This document shows, piece by piece, positions 56,092 through 64,000 of a DNA stretch of 64,000 nt. The notes beneath the pieces were generated by a model that worked only from the letters and a program-made list of their open reading frames with translations, searched no databases and had not been told where the DNA came from. The translations under genes were made by a program, and so were the position numbers. The stretch is from the IMG/VR virus record IMGVR_UViG_3300025133_000020. One strand, 5' to 3'. The stretch is from a virus. Its lineage: Duplodnaviria; Caudoviricetes. Position 1 is the stretch's first letter. Each line of letters begins with the position of its first letter.

Positions 56092-57914
56092 TAGTCCTCT
56101 TCAATTATAAAATCCATAACGTCTTCCATTTTATCTTCGTTGACGCCAATTATCTGGTCAATAACATCTCTCTTTCTCAGAACCGTATACCACATTCTTG
56201 TAGTGATAGTTTCATCAAACAATTGATAGTACACGTTAACCGTGTTATCTTGACCAATCCTGTAACATCTATCCTCAGCTTGTTCGTTATTTCCTGGAAC
56301 CCAGTCAAATGAATTGAACACAACAACCGTACCTTCTGTTAGTGTTATACCAACTCCAGCAGATATGATGTTACCTATAAATACTTTCACACCAGCATTA
56401 TTTTGGAACCTGTCCACAGATTTTTGCTTTTCAGTAGCACTCATTGAACCATTATGACGCACACACTTCTTACCGAAATGTTCAGCCAATTCATTTTGTT
56501 CCTCATTGAATGTGGTGAATATTACAACCTTTTGGTTTTCCTCAATAGCATCTTCCACCATTTCTATAGTGTGAGGTATTGCAGACTGAGCGATGAATTT
56601 CCTAAGTAGGATAACTTCAACCAAATCTTTGTCTGGTGTACCTCTCTTCTTCTTCGCTCTCCTTTCTTCCAGATACTCTTCCCACAGGTATTCATATTCA
56701 GATTCTTGGGGTTTAGTGAGTTCGTGGTGAACTGGTGTTATAATCTTATCTGGCATATCTAATACATCGGTCTTAAGTCTACGCATAACGTAGTTCCTAG
56801 ACTTGATAGATAATTCACCCAGATTTGAGTCCCCATTGGCGATTAGAATCTTTCTGCTACCGTTGGCTGTCTTCTTGTAAATGGTCTTACCATCACAATA
56901 CCTTTTGATATAGAACGGATAATTGTCTGCCAGTGGGCTTTTAATCAGCTTTAAGAGGTTAAAGAAGTCTTTAGGTCTGTTGGCAACAGGTGTACCAGTT
57001 AATAACCACATACGCTTTGTCTCAGGATTCTTAGATAATTCTCCAACGATAGCCCCTCTCTTACTCTTATGGTCTTTAACCTTATGAGCTTCATCACATA
57101 TGATGATATCGAAGTTCTCGTCATAGATATCTCTCTTCCATAAATCTATAGCATCCCTATCCTTTTTAAGTCTTGGTGTGATGGTATGGAAATTCTTTAG
57201 AATATCATAGTTGATGATTGTCCACTTAGATGATGTCCATTGGTAGCTGTTCACGATAGAGATATCAGTCTCACCGAACATTTCAATTTCTCTTTTCCAG
57301 TTAATCTTAGTTGATGCTGGGCAGATAATAAGAATCTTCTTGGCACCAGTTTCCATTGCAGCGATAATAGATTGGTATGTCTTACCAAGACCCATATCAT
57401 CAGCAAGGATACCACCTTCCCTACTCAATAGGAACTTAATACCGCTTTCCTGATGCTTGAAAGGTATTCTGGATTTAGTATCCAATTCAAGATACTTACT
57501 GAAATCCACTTCAATATCCACAGGAACGAAGTATGGGTCTTCCATAACTTGCGTCTTTGGAATCCAATACATACCATTATCCTTCTGATTCTTCTTTAGT
57601 TTACCGTATACGTGATAAGACTTTTCAGTCTCAGCTAATACGAAACCAAAATACATACGTTCAGGGGTGAACGATAAGTTATATTTCTCCTTCAATTCTT
57701 CACCAATGTAAGAAGATAGGGTTACAACCCTATTTACCTTAACAGGCTCTTTATCGTGGTTATCTAGAATGTATGACTCTTGATTGTTAGTCAACGGCAC
57801 CTTCCCTTTAGTCTTCAATTGATGTTGTAGCTTAAGTAGGTACGGATTACGTCCCTTGTATAAGCCCAAATGAATTAAAGCTTTTCTTCCTTTAATATCT
57901 CCTAAGTCTATCAT
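56091..57914 (-). CDS. SNF2-family (HARP/SMARCAL1-like) helicase
   Basis: ADDMGLGKT, CDEAH, LTGTP, QAEDRCYRIGQ. Confidence 0.93.
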   Translation of the reverse strand: MIDLGDIKGRKALIHLGLYKGRNPYLLKLQHQLKTKGKVPLTNNQESYILDNHDKEPVKVNRVVTLSSYIGEELKEKYNLSFTPERMYFGFVLAETEKSYHVYGKLKKNQKDNGMYWIPKTQVMEDPYFVPVDIEVDFSKYLELDTKSRIPFKHQESGIKFLLSREGGILADDMGLGKTYQSIIAAMETGAKKILIICPASTKINWKREIEMFGETDISIVNSYQWTSSKWTIINYDILKNFHTITPRLKKDRDAIDLWKRDIYDENFDIIICDEAHKVKDHKSKRGAIVGELSKNPETKRMWLLTGTPVANRPKDFFNLLKLIKSPLADNYPFYIKRYCDGKTIYKKTANGSRKILIANGDSNLGELSIKSRNYVMRRLKTDVLDMPDKIITPVHHELTKPQESEYEYLWEEYLEERRAKKKRGTPDKDLVEVILLRKFIAQSAIPHTIEMVEDAIEENQKVVIFTTFNEEQNELAEHFGKKCVRHNGSMSATEKQKSVDRFQNNAGVKVFIGNIISAGVGITLTEGTVVVFNSFDWVPGNNEQAEDRCYRIGQDNTVNVYYQLFDETITTRMWYTVLRKRDVIDQIIGVNEDKMEDVMDFIIEED

Positions 57915-57921
57915 AATGAGT

Positions 57922-57952
57922 TAAATATAATGAAAATAAATATAAAAATCAA
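57922..57952 (-). promoter_or_regulatory. Promoter TTGATT-N17-TATATTTA
   Basis: Upstream of helicase, near-leaderless. Confidence 0.7.
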
Positions 57953-57980
57953 GTGTTTCGCAGCTTTAATGAGTACAAAG

Positions 57981-57989
57981 ATATTTATC
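57981..57989 (+). promoter_or_regulatory. Putative late promoter ATATTTATC
   Basis: Upstream of 58000. Confidence 0.6.
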
Positions 57990-57999
57990 TAAAAAAGAC

Positions 58000-58524
58000 A
58001 TGGCTAAACCTAACAAGATTGTACCTATAAATAGAATCAGTAAGTTTTTCTCTCAGGAAGATTTCGACTTGGAAATTGAGATGGGTAGAGAGGCTATCGA
58101 AGGTGATGGTAATTTCACGGTTATCTTATATCGGGTAGACCGAGAAATGACTAATACCGATATTTACAACGAAGCCCGAAAGGGTGATGTGGTGTATAAG
58201 GTACCTGTGGAGTTAAGTGTTATGCCTATAATTGATGAAGCTGAAAACTTAGCATTCAATACAACTGCTGGGTCATTACGGGATTTACAAGATGGTAATC
58301 TTAAGTTCCTTATATACCAAGCGCACTTGGATGAGCTTAATGTTGAGCTTACATTTGGTGATTACATAGGTTACCCAGTTACCGAAACTGAGGTTAGATT
58401 CTTTAGTATCGTAAATGATGGTGTTAAGAATTACGATAATGAACATACTATTATGGGATACAAAGGAGTGTATAAAGTGGTTAATTGTGCTCCAGTAGAC
58501 GAAAATGAATTTACTTCTGAATAA
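58000..58524 (+). CDS. Head closure/neck protein (gp14-like)
   Basis: Size, position before tail terminator and sheath, GDYIGY beta-barrel pattern. Confidence 0.55.
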   Translation: MAKPNKIVPINRISKFFSQEDFDLEIEMGREAIEGDGNFTVILYRVDREMTNTDIYNEARKGDVVYKVPVELSVMPIIDEAENLAFNTTAGSLRDLQDGNLKFLIYQAHLDELNVELTFGDYIGYPVTETEVRFFSIVNDGVKNYDNEHTIMGYKGVYKVVNCAPVDENEFTSE

Positions 58525-59960
58525 TGCCAAAAGGATTTAGAAAACAGTTAAAATTAACCTCTCAAAAGGTTGGGGTAGAACGTAGACAGGAACTGCTCGA
58601 TGGTATCGCTGATGGTAATGGTTTCCTACCTCAAGGTGTTCATATCCGAGATATGGATGCATCCTTCATTGATTTTGTTAATGAGAACCTTAAGATAGAG
58701 ATTGATGGTGAGCAAGTGCCTGTTATCTTCTTAACCATTCAAAGATACTCTGATTTCACCAAGACGTGGAAATTCACTGATGAGTACAAGAATATCAAGA
58801 TGCCTTTCATAACGATTGTTAGAAACCCTGACATTCAGAAAGGAACAAATCAAGCTGGATTAGCCAATATACCAGGACATCAACATTGGTCTTACTACAA
58901 AGTTCCATCTAATGATGGTGCCAGAGTTGGAGTGGATATCTATAAGATTCCACAACCTACTGCGGTGGATATCACCTATGAGGTTAGATTCTTCAGTAAT
59001 AAGATGTCTGACGTGAATGTCATTCACAATAAGGTTCAACGAGAATTCAACGCTATACAATCTTACATTTACCCAAAGGGGCATCCTATGCCTATTACGA
59101 TACCCACTATCAGTGATGAAAGTAATATTGAGGATTTTGAAAACAGACGTTTCTACGTTCAAACCTTCGAGATGCTATTGGCTGGTTATATCTTAGATGA
59201 GAATGATTTCGAGGTTCAACCAACGATTAATAGGGCGATGGTATTAAATGAGATTGCGATTGACCCTGAAACAGCCGAACCGTATCCAAACCAAAACAAG
59301 AGAACGCCTGTAATCAGAACCCAAGGTAATGTTATCATTCGTAACAGTGCTGGTCAGTTAATCAATTCAAGTGCGTGTGATACTTCATATGTGGTTGGAA
59401 ATTCAGAGATAATTAATTCTGGTGCGACATGGAGCGTAAGTGTTCCAGCAACCAGTGGTTATACATTAGAGAATGTGATTAACTATGATAGTGATGGTTC
59501 ACCAGTAGTAACACCTGCAATGGTAGGTTTTACCGCAACAACGTGTGACCCCGCTACCATTATTAATTCTGGTGCAACATATTCAGCTACAACGCCTGCT
59601 GGAAGCATATTCAATGTACCTAACACACCAATATTCAGTACGTCTTCAGGGTTTACTGATTCAACACCATCAGTTGCTACAGGTTATACGATAGGTGATG
59701 TGGCTTGGACAGATAGTGATGGGGTACCTAAGACAACCGAATACGGTCAACCTATCGCATGTATATTAGCATTAAAGGATGAGGTGGAACACGATTTTGT
59801 ACCACCAATGGATTATTTGGGTAGGGCACCTAATGGTACGTTGACCAGTGCTAGTGCTTGGACGATAACTAGGATTGAGGTATTCACTGGTGGTACCACT
59901 GATGTTAAATCAGCCACTAATGTAGCATGGGACGATAGGTATATCGTTATTTACTCATAA
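58524..59960 (+). CDS. Tail terminator/completion protein (gp15-like) with C-terminal extension
   Basis: KMPFITIVR, PTAVDITYEVRFF, YxQTFE; upstream of sheath. Confidence 0.6.
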   Translation: MPKGFRKQLKLTSQKVGVERRQELLDGIADGNGFLPQGVHIRDMDASFIDFVNENLKIEIDGEQVPVIFLTIQRYSDFTKTWKFTDEYKNIKMPFITIVRNPDIQKGTNQAGLANIPGHQHWSYYKVPSNDGARVGVDIYKIPQPTAVDITYEVRFFSNKMSDVNVIHNKVQREFNAIQSYIYPKGHPMPITIPTISDESNIEDFENRRFYVQTFEMLLAGYILDENDFEVQPTINRAMVLNEIAIDPETAEPYPNQNKRTPVIRTQGNVIIRNSAGQLINSSACDTSYVVGNSEIINSGATWSVSVPATSGYTLENVINYDSDGSPVVTPAMVGFTATTCDPATIINSGATYSATTPAGSIFNVPNTPIFSTSSGFTDSTPSVATGYTIGDVAWTDSDGVPKTTEYGQPIACILALKDEVEHDFVPPMDYLGRAPNGTLTSASAWTITRIEVFTGGTTDVKSATNVAWDDRYIVIYS

Positions 59961-59965
59961 CACAC

Positions 59966-59974
59966 ATATTTATT
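59966..59974 (+). promoter_or_regulatory. Putative late promoter ATATTTATT
   Basis: Upstream of 59988. Confidence 0.6.
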
Positions 59975-59987
59975 AAAAAAGACTAAA

Positions 59988-60284
59988 ATGACATTAAATA
60001 ACCCATATGTAGGAGAAGATAGTAACGGAGACGAAAGAACGTTCGATAAATTCACCGTTCAATTCAGTACCGCACCTAGACTAAAGGCTGGTGAACTTAA
60101 GACTATTCTAAACATGAAATTCTTCGGAACGGTAGATGTTGACGGTAGTGTTGTTTTATCAAAAACCCCTTTTAAGCGGATAGTTCTTTCTGATGTTGCT
60201 GGTCAAGGTGATGTTGACGAATTGACCGCATTCGACACAATTCAAGTTGCGATACAGAATTACGTAAACGCTAAAAATATATAA
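59988..60284 (+). CDS. Hypothetical protein
   Basis: 98-aa ORF. Confidence 0.7.
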   Translation: MTLNNPYVGEDSNGDERTFDKFTVQFSTAPRLKAGELKTILNMKFFGTVDVDGSVVLSKTPFKRIVLSDVAGQGDVDELTAFDTIQVAIQNYVNAKNI

Positions 60285-60287
60285 TAA

Positions 60288-61304
60288 ATGGCTGAGAAAT
60301 ATGCAGTAGTAAATGGGCTTTGGAGTGCTACGGGTACTTGGGACGGTGGTGTTAAACCTGTCGGTGGTGATACTGTTCACGCCAATGGATTCAATGTAGA
60401 TATTGATGAAGACATCACGGTTGATAGTATCAGGACGGATGCAGGTGTAACTGCTAGTGCTGGTGGTAGCTTTGATTGGCTTGATGGGTGTGAAACAATT
60501 ACAGCCGATGCTATAGCTGGGAGTTCTTCTTGTTTATTGGTTAAATCCGTCTACACTAACACCAAATACTTCATAGGTGATGTTTATGGTGGTACTAATT
60601 CTGATAGGGGGATAGACATTCATTCGGTGACTACTGATATTGTAGGTGTGGGGGATTGTTATGGTGGTACATCTTCTTCTAGTGCTATCTACACAAATAA
60701 TATGTCCTCTTTTAATTGGACGGGTAATTTTTATGGGGGTACGAATGTAAATTCAGAAGGTATTAGAAATCAAGGCGCAACTAACCTGTTTATTACTGGT
60801 AACGTATATGGTAGTGCTACCTATACAAACGGACACGGTATCTATAATTACAATAGTGGAAGTGTCTATATTACAGGGATGGCTGTGGGTCGTCAGGGGT
60901 CAGGTTATTTCTCAAGGATAGCCTCTTACGCTGAAATAGATATTATTACAACAGATGTGGCGACTCAGTATGGGTATGGCGCTTTTGCGACAGTAATAGG
61001 GGCTAAAGTCGTTGTAAAGGAGATGGATTGGAACGGTTTTGATAGGTGCCCAGCACAGGGAAATATCGTATTTGATAACACCCCAGCAAATATTCAGGTT
61101 ACTGTTGAACAAGCAGATGGTTCAGAAGTTATTTTAACAGATGCGGCTAGCGCACCTGCTGATTATCCACCAGTAAGTGGTGTAAGTAAAAGTATAGTTT
61201 ACGCTTACGGTTCTAAGACTGGAACGGCTGTATTAACTCAAGGAGACGTTATCAACGCTGTAACTCAAGTAGTTGGAGACCAGATATCAGCAGCATTACC
61301 GTAA
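60288..61304 (+). CDS. G8-like N-terminus plus beta-helix-type repeats, putative virion protein
   Basis: WSATGTWDGGVKPVGGDTVH; repeated GxxYGGT. Confidence 0.55.
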   Translation: MAEKYAVVNGLWSATGTWDGGVKPVGGDTVHANGFNVDIDEDITVDSIRTDAGVTASAGGSFDWLDGCETITADAIAGSSSCLLVKSVYTNTKYFIGDVYGGTNSDRGIDIHSVTTDIVGVGDCYGGTSSSSAIYTNNMSSFNWTGNFYGGTNVNSEGIRNQGATNLFITGNVYGSATYTNGHGIYNYNSGSVYITGMAVGRQGSGYFSRIASYAEIDIITTDVATQYGYGAFATVIGAKVVVKEMDWNGFDRCPAQGNIVFDNTPANIQVTVEQADGSEVILTDAASAPADYPPVSGVSKSIVYAYGSKTGTAVLTQGDVINAVTQVVGDQISAALP

Positions 61305-61768
61305 TGAATGAAGATACCCCTAAGAATATATTCTTCGGTTTTTTCATTCGAATAGTCGGGGGCTTATTTTTCACCTTATTGTGGATGGTGTTTCAATTCG
61401 TTAGTACCTTATACGTACTAATCACCAATTGGAAGGGCGCTAATTTGGAGATAGGTATGATGCAGTATAGAATGGCGCTATGTGATGACCAAAAAGCCAA
61501 TGTGGTACTAGGTCCTTTACTTAATGCGGCATTCGTTAAAAAAGCGGTGCCAAGCGAAATCAATGAGGTGAGAGTACTATATGGACATCAAGATGATACC
61601 ATTAGTGATATTACTGGTAGGTTGATGATAGTTGGAGGGCTTAACCGTTCTGGAGAAAGATTTAGAAAGGTGTTGAATAAGGTACTGGGCAAAGAACATT
61701 GCATCAAGAGCGTATCCCAAAGAAATGTGGATATTCTTAAAATGGGGGATACTTCTACAGTCTTTTGA
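61304..61768 (+). CDS. Membrane-anchored phage protein
   Basis: N-terminal TM; DQKANV...DTISDITG...HCIKSV. Confidence 0.65.
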   Translation: MNEDTPKNIFFGFFIRIVGGLFFTLLWMVFQFVSTLYVLITNWKGANLEIGMMQYRMALCDDQKANVVLGPLLNAAFVKKAVPSEINEVRVLYGHQDDTISDITGRLMIVGGLNRSGERFRKVLNKVLGKEHCIKSVSQRNVDILKMGDTSTVF

Positions 61769-61778
61769 CTTTTCCTTC

Positions 61779-61787
61779 ATATTTATT
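61779..61787 (+). promoter_or_regulatory. Putative late promoter ATATTTATT
   Basis: Upstream of sheath gene. Confidence 0.6.
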
Positions 61788-61838
61788 AAGTAGATAATCA
61801 AGATATTATAATAAAGACACACAAAAAAATAAAGTTAA

Positions 61839-64000
61839 ATGGCTGAAAATAGAGTATTCGTTAGTCCAGGTGTATATACCTCAGAAAGAGATTTAAGTTT
61901 CGTTACCCGTCAAGTCGGTGTAACAACATTGGGATTGGTAGGTGAAACCGTAAAAGGACCTGCATTTCAACCCGTATTCATATCAAATTATGACGAGTTT
62001 ACAACCTTCTTCGGAGGTCAAAATGCTACAAAATTCAAAGATGGTGGGTACCCTAAATATGAGTTGCCATACATCGCAAAATCATATTTGACACAATCAA
62101 ATCAATTATTCGTAACAAGGGTCTTAGGATTCTCAGGTTATGATGCTGGTGAAGCATGGGGTATTACCCTTGATGCCGCATTAGACCCAAGTACAGTTGC
62201 TACCGTTTCAGGTGCGACTTATTCTGGATTCTCAGGTGATTCATTAGTTACTTATACCACAACAACTGGTGGTACATTCACAACTACCGCTAACGTAGGT
62301 GAGCCAGCGATTCAACAATTAATCGATGATGGTTTACTTACAACTGAATTAGCATTCTTAGAGACTGCGGCTGTAAGTGCTACAACTACTGTGGCTTGTA
62401 CATACTATAAGGTTGGAAGTACCTTTATTGGTAGCTCCTTCAACTTGTACGTAACTGATATTGTAACAGGTCTTAGTGGTTCAACCACAGGTTACACTTC
62501 TGGTGTAACTACAAGTTGTTCAGGTACATCTTATTCAGATGTTGAAAACCAAATTGTAGCGTTATTACGTTCAAGAGGTGAGTATGACGGTGATGAATAC
62601 TTGATTCCTGAAGTAACAGGTTCAACAACAACAGATACGACATATGTTGAATTTGGTGCTACACCAACTGATGCTGAAACAGACCCAATGGGTAACTTCT
62701 CATTAAGTGGTCTTGCAACCACATTGGGTGCGTTCGATTACAACCTATCATTTGATGTTACAAAGAGAAATTACTTAGGTAAAGTTCTTGGTAGAGGTGA
62801 GAAAGATGGTAAGACAGCAATCTTTGTCGAGGAACTATATCAAAATATGATGGATAAGGCAGTCGAGGATGAAAAAGTAAGAGGTGTGAACCTTTCACTT
62901 ATTGACTATGCTAGTCCACTTGGGCTTAAGCCATTTGATGATTACAAAGAAGAATACGCACCTGCGGTATCTCCGTATGTCGTATCCGAACTTCGTGGTA
63001 CCAACTTACTTAGATTGTTCAGATTCTGGACAATTGCTGATGGTAATGCGGCTAACCACCAAATTAAGATTTCAATCATAAACATAAAACCAGACGATAA
63101 AACTTTCGATTTAGAAATTAGAAGTTTCTTCGATACTGACTCTAATAAAGTGGTTCTTGAAAAATTCGCAAGATTGACGATGGACCCAACATCAAACAAC
63201 TACATTGCCAAGAAGATTGGTACGTTGGATGGTGATTACGCTTCAAACTCTTCTTACGTATTAGTTGAATTGGATGATACATCCGATACTAGTGATGCGT
63301 TCCCAGCAGGTATGCTTGGAGTTCCGTTAAGGGATTACCATGAGGCTATTGCGGCTAACACTGGTGTGACTTACCCAACAATCTGTTACAACCAAACATA
63401 CGGGGCTTTCGAAAATAAGAGAAAAGTTTATTTAGGTCTTTCTGATACTGTAGGTATTGACCAAGACTTCTTAGATTACAAAGGTGTACCTAACGATACA
63501 GACCTTTCAATGTGGACTGGTCTTACTAAAGGTTTCCACATGGATGTTGACGCCACTGGCGCAACTATCGATGGTGTGGAAGTTGTTTACAACTCATCAG
63601 GTGATACATACTCACCAGTATTCTTGTTTGATACAGGATGCTGCGAGTTCAGAACTGATGCTGGAATAGCAGACACAGCTTACGACAAGATTTATGCTCG
63701 TAAATTCACATTTGCACCTTACGGTGGTTTCGATGGTTGGGATATCTACAGAGATAGAAGAACTAACAGAGACAACTATAGAATAGGTCAAAGTAAGAGT
63801 GATGCCGCATTACTTTCTACTGCAATTGCAAATAGAGCATTAACAAACGGTGATAATGGTACGAGTGCCGATTACTACGCTTACTTAGAAGCTATCTGGA
63901 CATTCAATAACCCTGAATCAGTAAACATTAACTTGTTTGCAACTCCTGGTATTGACGGTTTAGAAAACACTAATTTGGTGGAAGAAACAATCGAAATGAT
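61839..64000 (+). CDS. gp18: Tail sheath protein (gp18-like), 3' truncated; absent from ORF track
   Basis: Hand translation MAENRVFVSPGVYTSERDLSF...LVGETVKGPAFQPVFI...FVTRVLG...LFATPGID. Confidence 0.92.
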   Translation, partial: MAENRVFVSPGVYTSERDLSFVTRQVGVTTLGLVGETVKGPAFQPVFISNYDEFTTFFGGQNATKFKDGGYPKYELPYIAKSYLTQSNQLFVTRVLGFSGYDAGEAWGITLDAALDPSTVATVSGATYSGFSGDSLVTYTTTTGGTFTTTANVGEPAIQQLIDDGLLTTELAFLETAAVSATTTVACTYYKVGSTFIGSSFNLYVTDIVTGLSGSTTGYTSGVTTSCSGTSYSDVENQIVALLRSRGEYDGDEYLIPEVTGSTTTDTTYVEFGATPTDAETDPMGNFSLSGLATTLGAFDYNLSFDVTKRNYLGKVLGRGEKDGKTAIFVEELYQNMMDKAVEDEKVRGVNLSLIDYASPLGLKPFDDYKEEYAPAVSPYVVSELRGTNLLRLFRFWTIADGNAANHQIKISIINIKPDDKTFDLEIRSFFDTDSNKVVLEKFARLTMDPTSNNYIAKKIGTLDGDYASNSSYVLVELDDTSDTSDAFPAGMLGVPLRDYHEAIAANTGVTYPTICYNQTYGAFENKRKVYLGLSDTVGIDQDFLDYKGVPNDTDLSMWTGLTKGFHMDVDATGATIDGVEVVYNSSGDTYSPVFLFDTGCCEFRTDAGIADTAYDKIYARKFTFAPYGGFDGWDIYRDRRTNRDNYRIGQSKSDAALLSTAIANRALTNGDNGTSADYYAYLEAIWTFNNPESVNINLFATPGIDGLENTNLVEETIEM

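Noticed and set aside
49950-57914. Inteins in polymerase or helicase
   Set aside because: No C/S...HN-C/S/T splice junctions or LAGLIDADG blocks recognised; catalytic motifs are normally spaced
159-63669. Short ORF-track entries antisense to or nested in long genes (e.g. 159-383, 9202-9540, 22931-23299, 42441-42758, 62531-63669)
   Set aside because: Shadow ORFs of real genes with biased composition and no promoter or operon context
1-64000. Stop-codon reassignment as in some Bacteroidota phages
   Set aside because: Code 11 gives near-complete coding density with intact conserved enzymes, and TAG ends genes normally (e.g. dut)
1-64000. tRNA or rRNA genes
   Set aside because: Intergenic gaps are short and no cloverleaf or T-arm pattern was seen by eye; tRNAscan-SE would confirm

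Overview
A 64-kb segment of a large, AT-rich, T4-like myovirus (jumbo-phage type) in the standard genetic code. It runs from the 3' part of the major capsid gene (gp23-like) to the 5' part of the tail sheath gene. The host is probably a Bacteroidota bacterium (inference from TAnnTTTG promoter elements and the lack of obvious Shine-Dalgarno sites). Contents: small early genes; baseplate and structural genes; a gp55-like sigma factor; an ~18.5-kb glycan-synthesis island (gmd, fcl, GT10 and GT11 fucosyltransferases, GT2/GT4/GT8-like enzymes, a sulfotransferase, methyltransferases, with phoH and dut interleaved); four paralogous mosaic fibre genes with a GT9-like/sulfotransferase pair inserted among them; family B DNA polymerase; SNF2 helicase; neck and tail-completion genes; three free-standing endonucleases. 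Main leads: (1) a candidate phage-encoded virion O-glycosylation/fucosylation/sulfation system, with a [S/T]-G-x-[T/S] motif enriched in virion proteins as a possible sequon; (2) endonuclease cassettes that insert into gene ends and supply a recoded replacement terminus, leaving the old terminus stranded; (3) DNA-level patchwork exchange among the fibre genes. All counts are by hand; no database searches were run.
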